A stretch of DNA of 64,000 nt from Camelus ferus (Eukaryota): the NCBI RefSeq assembly GCF_009834535.1, contig NC_045697.1, positions 10,294,001 through 10,358,000 of the forward strand, given 5' to 3'. Under the pieces are notes generated by a model. The model saw only the letters and a program-made list of their open reading frames with translations, was not told where the DNA came from and did no database searches. Positions 1 to 13,899 of this stretch are shown one piece after another (the stretch's first letter is position 1; the number at the start of each line of letters is the position of its first letter). Position numbers and translations under genes: made by a program.

Positions 1-2470
1 AGTTAAGTACAGAGGGAACATACCTCAACATAATAAAGGCCAAATATGACAAATCCACAGCCAACATCACACTCAAAAGTGAAAAGCTGAAAGTTTTTCC
101 TCTAAGATCAGGAACCAGACAAGGATGCCTACTCTTGCCACTTTCATTCATACGAAACTTTCACTCATATGCCACTTTAAACATATTACTGGAAGTCCTA
201 GCCACAGCAATCAGACAAGAAAAAAGAATAAAAAGCAACCAAATTGGAAAGGAAAACATAAAACTGTCACTGCTTGCAGATGACATGATACAATATACAG
301 AAAATCCTGAAGACACCACCAAAATACTATCCAAATTAATAAATGAATTCAATAAAAGTGCAGAATTCAAAATTAGTATATAGTCATTCCTCAGTATATG
401 CAGGGGATTGGTTCCAGGACCCCCTGTGGAAACCTAAGTCTGCAGATTCTTGAGTCCCTTACAGCTGATCCTCCTTATCTGCTCAGTATCCACAGACTCA
501 ACCAACCAGAGACTGTGGAGTATTTTCCACCTGTATTTGGTTGAATGCTGTGGATGCAGAACCCACTTTACCGAGGGCTGACTGCATGGAAATCTGCTGC
601 ATTTCTATACAGTAACAACCAACTATCAGAAAGATAAATTAAGAAAACAATCCCATTTACAACTGCATCAAAAAGAATAAAAGATCTAGGAATAAACTTA
701 GCCAAAGAGATAAAAGATTTGTACTCAAAAAAGTCAAGACACTGATTAAAGAAACTGAAGACTTCATAAGCAAATGGGAAGACATACCATGCTCACAGAC
801 TGAAGAAGTAATATTGTTAAAATGATCATACTAATCAAGACAATCTACAGATTCAATGTAATCCCTGTCAAAATACCAATGCCATCTGTCACAGAACTAG
901 AATAAATAATTCTAAAATTGAATGGAAACACAGAAGACCCTGAATAGCCAAAATGATCTTGAAAAAGAAAAACAAAGCCGGAAGTATCATGCTCCCTGAT
1001 TTCTAACTATACTACAAAACTACAGTAATTAACATGGTATGGTGCTGGCACATATAAACAAATAGATATATCAATAGAACAGAATAGAGAGTCCAGAAGT
1101 AAATCCACACTTATGACCAATTAATCTATAAGAAAGGAGGTAAGAATATATAATGGGGAAATGGAACTGGGAAAACTGGACAGCAACATGCAAAAGAATC
1201 AAATTGGACTACTTTCTCACACCACATACAAAAATAAACTCAAAATGGATTAAAGACTTAACTGTAAGATCTGAAACCATAAAACTCCCAGAATAAAACA
1301 GAGAGTATGCTCTTTGACACTGGTCTTAGCAATAGTTTGGATATGTCTTTTCAGGTAAGGGCAACAAAAGCAAAAACAAGCAAATAGGACTACATCAAAC
1401 TAAAAAGCTTTTGTACAGCAAAAATTAAAAACTCTCAAAACAAAAAGGCAGCCTATTGAATGGGAGAAGATATTTGTAAATGATTTATCTGACAAAGGGT
1501 TAATATTCAAAATACACAAAGAACTCATACAACTTGACATCAAAAAAAACAAACCAACAGATTAAAAAATGGACAAAGGATCTGAATATTTTTCCAAAAA
1601 CATACAGATGGCCAACAGACGCATGAAAAGATGCTCAACATCACAATAACCAGGGAAATGCAAATCAAAACCACCGTGAGATACCATCTCACACCTATCA
1701 GAATGGCTATCAACCAAAAGCCAACAAATAACAAGTGCTGGCGACATGTGGAGAAAAGGGAACCCTTGTGAGCTGTAGATGGGACTGTAAGTTGAGGCAG
1801 CCCCTATGGAAAACAGTATGGAGGTTCCTCAAAAATTTTAAAGTAGAATGCCGTATTACCCAACAATTTCCCTTCTGAGTATATCTGAAGAAAACAAAAA
1901 CACTAAGTCGAAAAGTTACATGCACTCCAGTGTTCACTGCTACATTACTTACAACCCAGCCATTATATGGAAGCAACCTAAGTGTCCACGGAAAGAAAAA
2001 GATAAAGGTGTGAGATACACACACACACACATTACTCAGCCATTAAAAAAAGACATCTTGCCACTCAAGAACATGGATGGTCTAAAGGATATTATGTTAA
2101 GTGAAATAAGGCAGAGAAAGACAAATACATGATTTCACTTATATGTGGAATTTAAAATACAAGACAAAAGCACAGATACAGAAAACCAGTGGCTGCCACA
2201 AGGGAGGGGCATGGGGGAGTGGGGGAAATAGGTGAAGAGGATTAAAAGGTACAAACCCTGTTATATAAAATCAGAAGGACATAATATACAGCATAAAGAA
2301 TATGGTCAGTAATACAGTAAGAACTTTATATGGGTACAGATGATTACCAGATGTATCGCAGATGTATGACCATTTCATAATGTATGCAAATATCAAATAA
2401 TTATGCAATATACTTGAAATTAACACAATGTATGTCAACTATATTTCAATGAAAAATGAATTTTTAAAAA
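1..2470 (+). mobile_element. L1 LINE, 3' half of ORF2 plus 3' UTR, degenerate
   Basis: RT motifs in ORF fragments ([21 protein letters not shown]), C-terminal WKQPKCP, and an A-rich end near 2450-2470. Confidence 0.93.
381..584. mobile_element. MER2/MER8-like Tigger MITE inserted in the L1
   Basis: Starts TA|TAGTCATTCCTCAGTAT..GGGGATTGGTTCCAGGACCCC and ends GAGGGCTGACTG|CA (degenerate TIRs, TA target). Confidence 0.75.
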
Positions 2471-2495
2471 ATTTAAAGTATTAACTGCCCCCTTA

Positions 2496-2760
2496 ATAGT
2501 AGAAGAGCAATAAGGGAGTTTGGGATTGACGGATATACATTACTGTATGTGACGTGAATAAGCAGCAAGGACCTACTGTATACCATAGGGAACAACATTC
2601 AATTTCTTGTAATGAGCCATAATGGAAAAGAAACTGAACATATATATATGTATGTATATATATGTATAACTGTATCATTTTGCTGTACACCTGAAATGAA
2701 CATTTTAAATCAACCACACTTCAATAAAAAAGAGTAATTTTTAAAAAAGAAAAGAAATAC
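2496..2760 (+). mobile_element. Artiodactyl-type L1 3' end
   Basis: GGAGTTTGGGATT...CAAGGACCTACTGTAT..ATAGGGAAC...TGCTGTACACCTGAAA...TCAATAAAAAA. Confidence 0.8.
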
Positions 2761-3293
2761 TAATAATATTTAAAAGTTAAATGCAGATTATGCTATCTCC
2801 CCATGGAATTTCTGGTGGGGGGGGGGGAAATCAGTTTCCGCATGAAATGTGCTCACATATTGAAGTCAGTTTGGTTCAAGATTGCCAATCCTATTAAATG
2901 GTTTGCTAACATCAAGTAGTACAGGACAGAGCAAAAGTGGGGAGGCACCTCAATTACCTGGAACCTCTGGGAAATCAACTGCTCAAATTAATTAATTTAT
3001 AATGAATACACTTAGGCTAAGTCCCAAAACATCATTTAATCATGATTTTTTTGTCTGTAAGTATGATCAAAAATTTTACTCCCAAAATATTACACTGTTT
3101 TCTGATTACATGGGGTATAAATTGTAGTCCTCCCTTGATGACTCAGAACCATGGTTACAGATGAGTAATTTTACCATGCAGTTCATATAAATACTTAAGA
3201 GATGAAGTATGGGGTTGAATAGGACTCACTCCAGAAGACTTATTTAAGCTTACTTTCCTGAAATAGTCCCTGATGTCAGTTTTTCAAATAAAC

Positions 3294-3299
3294 TTTATT
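3294..3299 (-). terminator. Candidate distal polyadenylation signal AATAAA
   Basis: Minus-strand TTTAATAAAGTTTATTTG within the repeat-free block downstream of the proximal site. Confidence 0.45.
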
Positions 3300-4261
3300 A
3301 AATACTTAAGGAAATAAAAATACAGTGACCACAAAACAGTCAACCTACAAAATAACTTCTGACCTACTTCTGACCCTGTAACTGCTCACTAAACTCAAAT
3401 TTCCTTTCAGTTTCTCTAAGTCTTGACTTTTTTCCTTTGTGCTTAAGCCAGACTTTTAAAGCAGACAGCTAGGTGTAGTGGTGTCACAAAAGACCCGAGG
3501 ACTTTGAGCTAAGAGACAAACTCAAAAGGTAAGATGGTCTGCTTACACAGCTACCTTATCCCTCATTCAAGAAACTTACGGGGTTCTATCTTTTATTTTG
3601 CAAATGTTAACAGCGATGGAATCAAAATGAGAGAACCCTTAGAGGAAGGTGAAATTTCAGAGTCATTAGATGTCCTCCCTTAAAGGTGATCTTCCCTTGA
3701 AGTGTTTAACTCAAATGTCATTCAAAATAAGTTTAAAAGCTGAGTGTTCTCCTTGTTCATATTCCCATCAAATGATTCTTCATTTACCTTTAGAAAACTG
3801 TGTAAAATAAAGCCTGAACTGAAATCTGTCTACCTGTAGTTTACATCTTTCCTACTCCTCTCACCCAATAAAACAAACAAAAAATACCTGGGACTACAAA
3901 GAACAAGATTACAAGACCACCTCCTCTTCCACAGCCTTGCAGGTATTTATAAAAACAGAAGACATGCTGCAGATTGTTCTCTTCTTCATGATGTAAAATT
4001 ATACACAGCATGACATAAAACTGACTCAACACGTGCCTTTCTGAATAATAGGTCTCCATTCCAATTGTTGTTTCACACAGCAATAAAGCTAAACTTACAA
4101 GTTTAAATTCTGACTACTGCACAATTAATTTCAAAAAGACAATTCAGCTCAACAAAATTAGGTATCCGTCTAAAACTAACTGTCAGGGTCATGATTTCAT
4201 GGAAGCTCAAAAGACAAAATATTTAGTTCTATTTCACAGTAAAGTAACCCTGGATTGAGAT

Positions 4262-4321
4262 TTACAACAAAATCAAAACACAAAAGAAATTACTTGGTAA
4301 GTCCTCAAAGTAGATTTTATT
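4262..4321 (-). terminator. Polyadenylation signal AATAAA with downstream GU/U-rich element
   Basis: The minus strand reads AATAAAATCTACTTTGAGGACTTACCAAG followed by TTTCTTTTGTGTTTTGATTTTGTTGT. Confidence 0.75.
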
Positions 4322-4994
4322 TATACATTTCTTCAAATGATTGTGGAACTTTTAAAAACCCCTCCCAAACGTGACAATTTAGGGACTGTGGTGGGAAACA
4401 GGGGTCTTTGAAAAAAGCAAATGCAGATGCACTGGTGCTGTGCCAGCTCCCTGAGCTAACACCAAGAAGCCAATTTATTTTATAATCTTAAAGAATCATA
4501 TGTAGGTATGTCTGAATTGGCCCTCTGAGAATTGTTCAAATAAAGGAAATACTTTGGAAAAGAGACCGGTTTCCAAAATAAAACTTCAGAAATGTATGTC
4601 TGAAAAGATCTGCAAAGCTTGGTACAGTGTTTACCTATAAAGAGAACCAATAACCCCATTGACTTCAAAACTCAAAGTAATCTAAAAAATACTTTAAATA
4701 GCATGGCATTAGTGACATTTTTCCCCCAAAGTATTCAATTTAAAAGAAATCAGATGAAACTGTTCTCACCCTATGAAAAAACCTAGCCCCTTTCTAAAAC
4801 AAAAATATGATCTGCAAGAGAAACAACACTGTACAATTCACTGGTAAATTAAGATTTTTGAGGCTGTAAGAAATGGGGCCAAAACAAGTCACACTCAAAA
4901 AAGGATGGTTAACACAAGAAATGTGCTATAAGTAAAGTGCATGAAAGGAAGCCTGCTCAGCTAAATGAAGTAGACAAAGGTCAGAAGTCAAGGG
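4296..4994 (-). other. FBXL5: FBXL5 3' UTR up to the best-supported poly(A) site (end approximate; may extend to ~3275)
   Basis: Repeat-free AU-rich sequence after the stop; AATAAA at 4321-4316. Confidence 0.75.
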
Positions 4995-5071
4995 TCATTC
5001 GCCAGAGCGGCAGCAGGCTCGAAAACCACACTGCAAATTCTGGCATCCGCTGGCGGTGTCAGCATGAGGAC
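4995..5071 (-). CDS. FBXL5: FBXL5 exon 11 coding part ([25 protein letters not shown]; Cys676/686/687 [2Fe-2S] ligands)
   Basis: Acceptor atacag|GTC, TGA at 4997-4995; translated by hand. The Cys positions match the known C-terminal [2Fe-2S] site. Confidence 0.98.
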
Positions 5072-7426
5072 CTGTATGAAAACAGAAAAGTGTGAAAGGA
5101 GGAATTTCTTATCACATAAAAATAATCTTGCTAATGAAAAAAGTAAAACACTGATTTTTCTTTTTTACTAGTAATACACTTATAGAAGTAAAAATACCTC
5201 ACAATGAATGTATAAAAAATTATTTGGAAACAAAAATCACCAATAGCAGCTTGACTTTATAGTTAAATGAAAAGAAAGAAGGAAAAGAAATAATTTTTTT
5301 GGCAACAATCTTACAAAATAAAAAATCCAAGAAGAAATGAGATAACCCACAGAAGCAAGACTGCCAGGCTAACTTAACAATGGATTTCTTATACCATGAA
5401 CATCCTTCCTAGAAACATAATTAAGGCAAAAACAACCCTATTTGTAACCAATAAGCTAAAGAATCCAGTATTGAGCAATTACAATAAATATTATCTTCAA
5501 AATATGTTAAAAATAAACTATGCAGACATAGCCTTAACATGTCTGCCATATTTTTATTTAACATCTGTACCCAAAAAAAATCATATGGTAGGGCTAGATG
5601 AAATTATCTTGCAGAATTAAGAATATAATGAGTGACTAATTAAATAAACATATCTAAGACATAATAAAATTGTGATTTAATTACAAAGAAAAGTAATAAA
5701 GTATTTGTGGAATAACTGAGGTTTTATTCTAATCACAGTATGCTACCCAAACACTAGATTAAAAGATCCATCAGGGAACATTGCTCAGAATTAGAAAATG
5801 TCAAAGAGTTATCACGACACATATTCAAATATTGAGTACTCTGAATGAGTCACAGTTTTCATAAAGGCAGGCAAATGTGGAAAAGATGTTTTGACTACAT
5901 TGAAGCCCTGAAGGGTTGCATCATGAACAAAGTTAATGAGTTCTTTACTCATCAGTTAGAACCAAAATACCTGTAATTGTGATAAGGACCACAAAAGTAC
6001 ATGAAATATAATTTCATTATAGAATATATCAAATGGATTATAATTGAAAAAGCATAGTACCCTGAAATGATATCTAGACTTTAACTCAGAAAAAATGTGA
6101 AATTAGCTTTGTTTTGTTTTTTAAAGTAGTAATCCATTGCAAAAGGCAGCAACTATGCTAATATCAACACAAGAAAATAATTACTTGCAACTAAACACAT
6201 AAAACACACATTTCCCAGAATTTAACTTTTCTTTGTATTCCTGAAATGGCAATATATAAGATTAATATAAAAGGCAAATTTCTTAGGCTATGCAATCAAT
6301 TAAGTATAATGTTCACATATTTCACTATGGAAATAATAATGTATCTTTAAGAAAAGAAACTACTGAACTTTACAAGCATACTGGGACTGCAGTTGCTTCT
6401 AATTTCACTTACTTTCAGATACTTATATTTAACTTGTAAAATTAATATGATACCTGGAAAATGGGGAGCAGGTATGGGAATGGGCAATGCTATATGAGAA
6501 AAAGACTGGCCACAGGTTATAACTGCTGAAGCCAATGATACATGAGGGTTCATTGTATTATTATGTTTATGTTTTTAAAATTTCCCATAATTAAAATTTA
6601 AAATCATTTTAAATATAAAATTGAATTACCACAGCCTATTCTTTATTTAATCAAAATTAAAATCTGTTCCAATTTTAACATGAAAAGGTAAATGTGTCAA
6701 ATGCTTAGAATTCACGAAGTGGCATTTTTCCTAAGATTATTTCCCCTTAAAATAAGACACAATGTTAGTCATCTTAACTACAGAGCCAAAATGAAATTTC
6801 CTAGTTCATACCATCAGATATTAGAAATGCCCTCGTAAGAGATCCTATGGCTTGATACTCTTCTCTCACTAATAACCTCTAACCAGGTTTTCCTCTTGAA
6901 TACATTTTCAGCTTTAACTACTATTCCTGGAGCCCTTTCTTTGCTTTCCTTTCTTCACCACTTACATTGGTTACTGCTTTTATCTGCCAGTCACCAAGTA
7001 GAGACTTTCTCCAGGACACAGTCCCCTGCCTCATTACCATTGCCCTGAACTGACACAGTCCCTGTGATGAAATGCTTGAACTGGTGGCCTTTGTAAAAAC
7101 ATATCTGACTATCATTTTCTCAGTATATAATTTTAAATTTTTTGAAAGGGAGAAATATGAGGAAAGAGAAATGGAGACTTTGGTGCAATATTCCAAACTG
7201 AAACTCCCTAAAACACTTCAAAATAGCTATATTCCTATTTTTCAAAAGGATAGAAAGGCAAGGAAGAAATTTTATACTGAAATCAACAGTGGCCTATGAA
7301 AAATCATAAGCAATGGCTGAAAGCAATCAAAATGAAGCATGCTACTGATTTTCAAGACAGAAAACAGCTTTAAAGGAGCCAACTGGATCAAGGAAGCTAT
7401 TCAAAAGTTTCATCGTTTTCCAAACA

Positions 7427-7908
7427 CAGGCATACTTCATTTAATTGTGCTTTGCTTTATTGCACTTCACAGATTTTGCTTTTTTTTTTTACAAACTGGA
7501 GGTTTGTGACAACCTTGCATTGAGCAAGTCTACTGGCATCATCTTCCCAATAGCACTTGCTGACTTCTTGTCTTGCGTCACATTTTGGTAACTCTCAGCA
7601 TTTCAAGCTTTTTCATTATGATTATGTTATGGTGATTTGTGCTCAGTTATCTCTGATGTTACTATTATGAATCAATGAAGGCTCAGATGATGGTAAGCAT
7701 TTTTTAGCAATAAAATATTTTTAAATTAAGGTATGAACATTGCTTTTTAAGACATAATACTATTGCACTTAATAGACTATAGTATAGTGTAAATGTAATC
7801 TTTACATGCACTGGCAAACCAAAATATTCATGTTGCTCACTGTATTGCAATATTCACTTTATTACGGTGGTTTGGAACCGAACCTGCAATATTGCTGAGG
7901 TATGCCTG
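7427..7908 (+). mobile_element. Internally deleted Tigger1 derivative (Tigger1a-like, 482 bp) in intron 10
   Basis: TIRs CAGGCATAC... and ...GAGGTATGCCTG|TA. Both ends are homologous to the Tigger1 at 13900-16275 in the opposite orientation. Confidence 0.85.
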
Positions 7909-10900
7909 TATCACACAGGTTTTCATCATCCTCCCCAAAATACAGGGGCCCAGTATGCTCAGCCTACACCCTGGTGACCTGAGTCACTCTTTGCTCTCAA
8001 AGTCTAAGGGATGGTATTACGGATAATTGGGAAAGAAAAATGTAGAACTAAAAATATGTGCCCCATATTAGGTAGAATGTAACGCTGACATCTGTCAGGA
8101 TCTCCTTATTCATCACAAAACAAAGTTCTCGCTCATACTGGTGTGTGCGCCCTCCCTCAAATACGCACTAGAACATGTGCGTTTCACTGGAATTCTCGGT
8201 GCATAAATTGTACTTAACCAACACTAATACCAATACCAATACCAACGACCTCCAAGCTCCAATCCCATCATAAGCTCAATGACATTCAGGTGACTATCCT
8301 AATAATCCATAAAAGTGACATCATCCATGAAGGAATTATATTTTGTTGAAGGCCTCGAGCAAAGCAAAGGTGAAGACAACCACTGTTTTTAACTTGTTAG
8401 TTTCATACTATATAAAAAAGGGGAGAACAGCAATTTCCAAAGAATGGACATCGTACGCAATGATTAACAGTAAGGCCGTTAGCATCACAGAAAGATTGTT
8501 CAGAAAAGGGAGCAAATGGAAAACAGAATAAACAGACAACAGGAAAAGTGAGGCAGCATTAGAAAGAAGCATGACTAACACTAAGTATCTCAAGTAGGAA
8601 TGTGCACTTCCACAGACACAGAATTCAAAAGGTGAGTATTTGACTTATAATCTGTAAATGTTGATCTTGGTATGAGATAAAAAACTCAAATGGCTATAAT
8701 ATATGAGGAATAAATTGTATTAAATAACAAAGAAAATAGAAAAAACTTGCACAAATAAAATCTTTAAATGCATGGTAAAAAATAAATTTTGTAAAAAAGC
8801 ATTTAAAAAAATCAGATAAGAACTACAACTTTACTAGCTATTGTTATTTTCCCACATTTTTCTTATTGAATGACATGTTTTTCCTAGATTTTACGCATAT
8901 TACTTCTGCTGTATATCTGCACTTACCTTCACTTACCTTGAATTCCTCTTTAACTTAAATTAGAAACATAAGAAAGCAAATCATCTGAGACTGTGTCACC
9001 TACAGAACTATGAGCTAATCTATCTTAATTCATAAATTAAACATACATTGAAATGCAAATCAAGCCAAAAGTTTATTTGCTATCATTGATCCAATGTTCT
9101 TCAGAGCTCTGAAATTATGCAATTCTACCTAACACTTCTTAAATGACATAGAATCTTTTAAATGTTATGGCTAAGAATTCTTGTTTTATGTCTAAATCTT
9201 AATTTGTTTATCAATCAAATAGCAAATTTAAATGTCATGAAGAATCATTCAGAATAAAAATGACATTTATGTCAATGCCTAGTAAACTGTCTTCCACACA
9301 GTAGACTTTGTATAAGTATCTGATTACTTATTTATCTTTTCCAAAATGTCTGCTATTGCTTAGGAAACAGAAAATTTTGTTTTATTTATCACTATTATTT
9401 AGTTAATGAATATTATTTATCAGTATTTACTTCTTTTAGGTAGTTAGTTAACTATGTAAACTCTCTTTTGACAAAACACATTTTTAGTTAAATGTTACTC
9501 TCAAATATTAAAATATAATCTGTCACCTAAACATACCCCCTATAGCCTAAGATCATGTATAAAACATAACTACTTTCAAAAATAATAAAAAATAATAATA
9601 AAAAGGAAGACCTTAGCAGTTACTAAATATTTACTATACAAGGAAACTGTAATGAAAGATACTGGATCAACCATGTCATCTCGCAAAACTGGATAAAATG
9701 CAACTTTATTCTAATACTTTCTAGGTTGTCCATATGTCTTTTAAAGGAAACGATTACAGCAGACGATTGCTTTAAGAGCAACTGGTTAGAACTCTACAAC
9801 ATAAGTTCATATGACAAGTTACCCTGTAAACTTTAAAGGATTTCCATTTCCCCCAAATCATGAAGCTGTAAAAAGAGACTTGGTACTGGATTATATAAGC
9901 ACTGTAAATTTCCTTTCAAACCTTTCAAAGTCAGACATATTTATTAAAATTCATTTATTGAAAATGGACCACTCATTTATCAAAAAAAAAAAAAATCTTA
10001 ACATTCAATAAAAGGAATGTAGCCACTCCTTTGGAACATATTAATATTTATATATTCGAAACCAGTCAATATGAAAGGAATTCTAACATACTAACAAAGT
10101 ACAAAAGATTTTAAGTATCTAACTTTATACTATCATTTAGATTACTTCAAGAAGTTTTAAAACACACACACACAAAACAAGTAGGCAAATATAAAAATGA
10201 AGTGAAACCCAATCCCCCTACCAACCCAGTATCTATATACACTCCAAAATAAATGTAACGAATTCAGTTATGAGATTTATTCCCACAAGCATAATCTATG
10301 CTGAAATCAATATAAACAATTCAAGTGCAACCTACCAATAAGATGTTTTTCTTATTAAAAAAAAAAAGATTGCTTACCGATTACTTTTCATTAATATGTC
10401 CTAGAAGCCTTAGTAAGTAACACTGAACCTACAATGACATAACTGTATATTAAAAAAAAACTCCCTTCTCAAACTCACTGCGTCCGCAGAAGCAGCAAGT
10501 GCTTCACTGTAGCAATCACACTTTCTTTTGTACACTTAGTGGGTTGCAACTAAAATGACCTTCATCTTCACCATTCCTTATTACACACCGAAGGCAACAG
10601 AGAGCAAAGAAATGCTCCAACTTAGTGCTGCTATTTCAAAGACATGGGAAGCCACCTCCTGCGTTGCCAGTGTGAGTCCAGAAACCAGGGAGCTGCTATC
10701 TCCTGTCTCTTCATATATATTTTAAGGAAAATCTAATCTCTGAGAAACAACAGATTTGCTAACTTCTCTGCCTACTTTAAATGTCATTAAAGTAGAGACC
10801 ATTCCTCTAGTCTTCTTGGCTCCTGTCAATTTTTCTGCCTGAGAGAAACCCGGTTATATTCCCACCATCTTAAGATGAACTGGGTTCTCAAAAATAACAA

Positions 10901-11752
10901 TATATAATGTAAAAACACAGTGGAATCTGAACCATGTACATTTTTTCCAGTTGTAAATACAGGAGGTTGATTTGCTTACTAATAATTGAGGAACAGCTTT
11001 TTATGCCTCAGAACTTCAGTCTCTACCAGTGACTATGAAATGTCCAACAGGGCACTGTATGTTACTTTGAGAAAATACACTAAATAGGCCCGAAAAGCTC
11101 GTTAAACAGGCCCACTACAAGGCAGGGATAGGCTTAAAAAACAACAACAACAAAAAAAATCAGGAAAGTTTTATCTCATGATTGTTAAAAGGAGGTTCAG
11201 GAATCAATCTCCAAAATACTATAAGAATTTTAGTCATGTTTAAAGCATCTCAAGCCTCTTCCCAATACCACCCCGACCATCCTCCTCACTCTTCTATGAG
11301 ATTTATTTGGAACGAGATCCAGGATCCATGAAGAGCTCCCATTACCAAAATGCTTCTTCTTCTACTATATTTTATGAAGTTATCCTCCAAGAAAACTACT
11401 CTACCATCCCTAACAATTAGACGTACCTAGAACATCAATACTTCTAAACTGTTTACGAGTACTCTTTCACGATAGAGGAATTTCCCAAAATTTTGTAAGA
11501 ATGTTAGTAATTCTACAACAACTTGCCACTTTGGGCTGATTAAACAATTACATGCTTATAAAATCTAAAGAATGGATAGCTGAAATAACTCCCCATTAAC
11601 AATTTAACTTTAGAAAAGGACTAAAACTGAAAGTAAAAATATCTGGTAACTAGAAATCTAGATAACAAAATAGAAACACTAAGAATTATCAGCACTGTTA
11701 AAAATTTCTAAATCAACTCCTCCAAAATTATCTCATTGTTAAAAGGCATTAC

Positions 11753-11901
11753 CGTTAATGTTGTCACAGTAGTAAAAGTATTCATCATTTAGAGAAGGAC
11801 ATGCTGAAACCAAATCCTGCAGGCCTGCACCAGTTACAGTAAGACAACCAGAGAGATTAAGGTGCTCCAAGTAAGGCAGCCCTCCTCCCAGAGTCAAAAC
11901 C
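11753..11901 (-). CDS. FBXL5: FBXL5 exon 10, LRR ([19 protein letters not shown]...YFYYCDNIN; Cys662)
   Basis: Acceptor ttacag|GGT, donor ACG|GTAAT, 149 nt. Confidence 0.98.
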
Positions 11902-12279
11902 CTGTAAGAGAAGCAATTCAACAATCAGAATATATTAATTATATGGAATCCATGAAAACGTACGTATTCCCATGGCCCAATGGACCACTATTAACAAACC
12001 TTTTAATTTGGTAATGAGAAAATTTTTAAATTTCTATAAAACATGACAACTAACTTCCATCATTAGTCAGGATACATTTAACAAAGACATTTCTAAAGAC
12101 ATTCAGTAAACAAGTTTATGAAATTTTTCTTTGTAAGAACATTAGAGTAAATCAGTTTTATAGAAAGGAAGGACTGAATCCTGGAATTGTCATTTACATT
12201 CTCTTACCAGACTGTCTAAGTAAAAATTATCAAGAAATTAACTAACCAGTCTGGCAGTTCCTCAGAGTTATGGAGTCAG

Positions 12280-12822
12280 CACATGACCCAAAATTACTCT
12301 CCTAGGTATATATCCAAGAGAAGTGAAAACATATATTCACAGAAAAACTTGCAAACAAATGTTCACAGCAGCATTATTCATAATACCCAGAAAGTGGAAA
12401 TAACCCAAATGTCTATTAATGACTGGGTAAACAAAATATAGTCTATCCATACAATTACATATTATGTAACCATGAAGTACTGATACCTGCTACAGCATGG
12501 ATGAACCTTGAAAACACTGTGTTAATGAAAAAAGCCAGACACAAAAGACCACACACTGCATGATTCTACTTATATGAAATGTCCAAAATAGGCAGAACAG
12601 AGAGACAGAAAGTAGATTAGTGGTTGCCAGGGGCTGGGGGCAAAGAAGAATGAGGAATGACTGCTAATGAGTATGGAGTTTCTTTTTGGTATAATGAAAA
12701 TGCTTCTGAACTTGATAGTGCTAACAGTCACCGATCTTGTAAATATATTAAAACCACTGACTTGTACCCTTTAAAAGGATGAATTTAATAGTATGTGAAT
12801 TTCATTTCAATAAAAATGAAAA
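12280..12822 (+). mobile_element. Old L1 (L1MB-like) 3' end
   Basis: CTCCTAGGTATATATCCAAGAGAA...CAAATGTTCACAGCAGCATTATTCATAA...GTGGTTGCCAGGGGCTGGGG...TCAATAAAAA. Confidence 0.85.
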
Positions 12823-13816
12823 CCCAATACTGTAGAAGATTAAAAATAGTAACTTATATTTTTAAAAAATGAGAAACTGGCTAAAATGACGATGGCAGAG
12901 CTGAAAAATATCAAGAGTAAAATTGGGAACATGAATTTTCCACACTATAACAGCAAAAATTGGGAAAATTATAGTCTATCTTGAATGGGATATTAAGAAA
13001 CTAATAATATAATAAATTTAGTAAAAAAAATCAGCATGATTATGCAGGTACATGGAAATTAGGAAGTAAAGTTAAGTATGTACACAATTAATTGAGATTA
13101 GAACAAATTGGAAATACATATTCAGTGAGAGACACTGATGTGCAAAGATTAGCACAAATATTTTAATGTTTTGTCACTGCACTTTAAAAAAAACTGATTT
13201 ATTAAAAACACTTTATCAAGACCCCAATACATATGAGAGATTTACATGCGTATTTCTCCTTACATTTTGACTGAGAAGAACTGGCTTTTACTTAAATTAC
13301 AGGCTCCCTGATCCACCCCTACAGTTCAGCAACAGTGGCAGAGTTCAAAACCTCAGCGGCTTGACAGGGCCAGAGCAGTTAGAGACACACATGTTTAAAA
13401 GAAGACAATTAGAGTTTAAAGTTTACTAATTCTTCTTTTCCTGTAAAATTGAATAGCTCATAATAAAAAACAAAACAACTTCTAAAATATGGTCTTAAAG
13501 ATCTCAGAGGTTATCTCAAAGCAGAGACTACTTCATGTTCTAAAATTTTCAGTACACTGAGGATGGACTGCATGGAATATAAAACTTCCCATCACAATAC
13601 ACTTGAGTAAACCACACACGTAGTCAACTGGCCTCACTGAGTTTAGTGCAAAACCAAGCAAGCCAACCAGTTAGAATGTCATATGATAAACGCTTTCTGG
13701 GGAATATTCTGAAGGGCCTTGGGGGGGGGAGGGTAGCAAAAGGTTGCTCATAAGCAGTGACATTTAAACTGGAATGGAGATAGAAATGAACAGAAGTTAG
13801 CCAATAAATGTATGTT

Positions 13817-13820
<4 letters not shown>

Positions 13821-13847
<27 letters not shown>
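13821..13847 (+). repeat. (AG)n microsatellite
   Basis: About 13 AG units. Confidence 0.9.
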
Positions 13848-13851
<4 letters not shown>

Positions 13852-13899
13852 AAATGCAAATATATGAAGACAAGAGGAACGTGGTTTAGGAGCACGGTT

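Noticed and set aside
135..2132. L1 ORF2 fragments as a functional reverse transcriptase
   Set aside because: Fragmented and interrupted by a MITE.
1..2800. Exons of a neighbouring convergent gene (CC2D2A in human)
   Set aside because: The interval is entirely L1/MITE and no exon is recognisable within the window.
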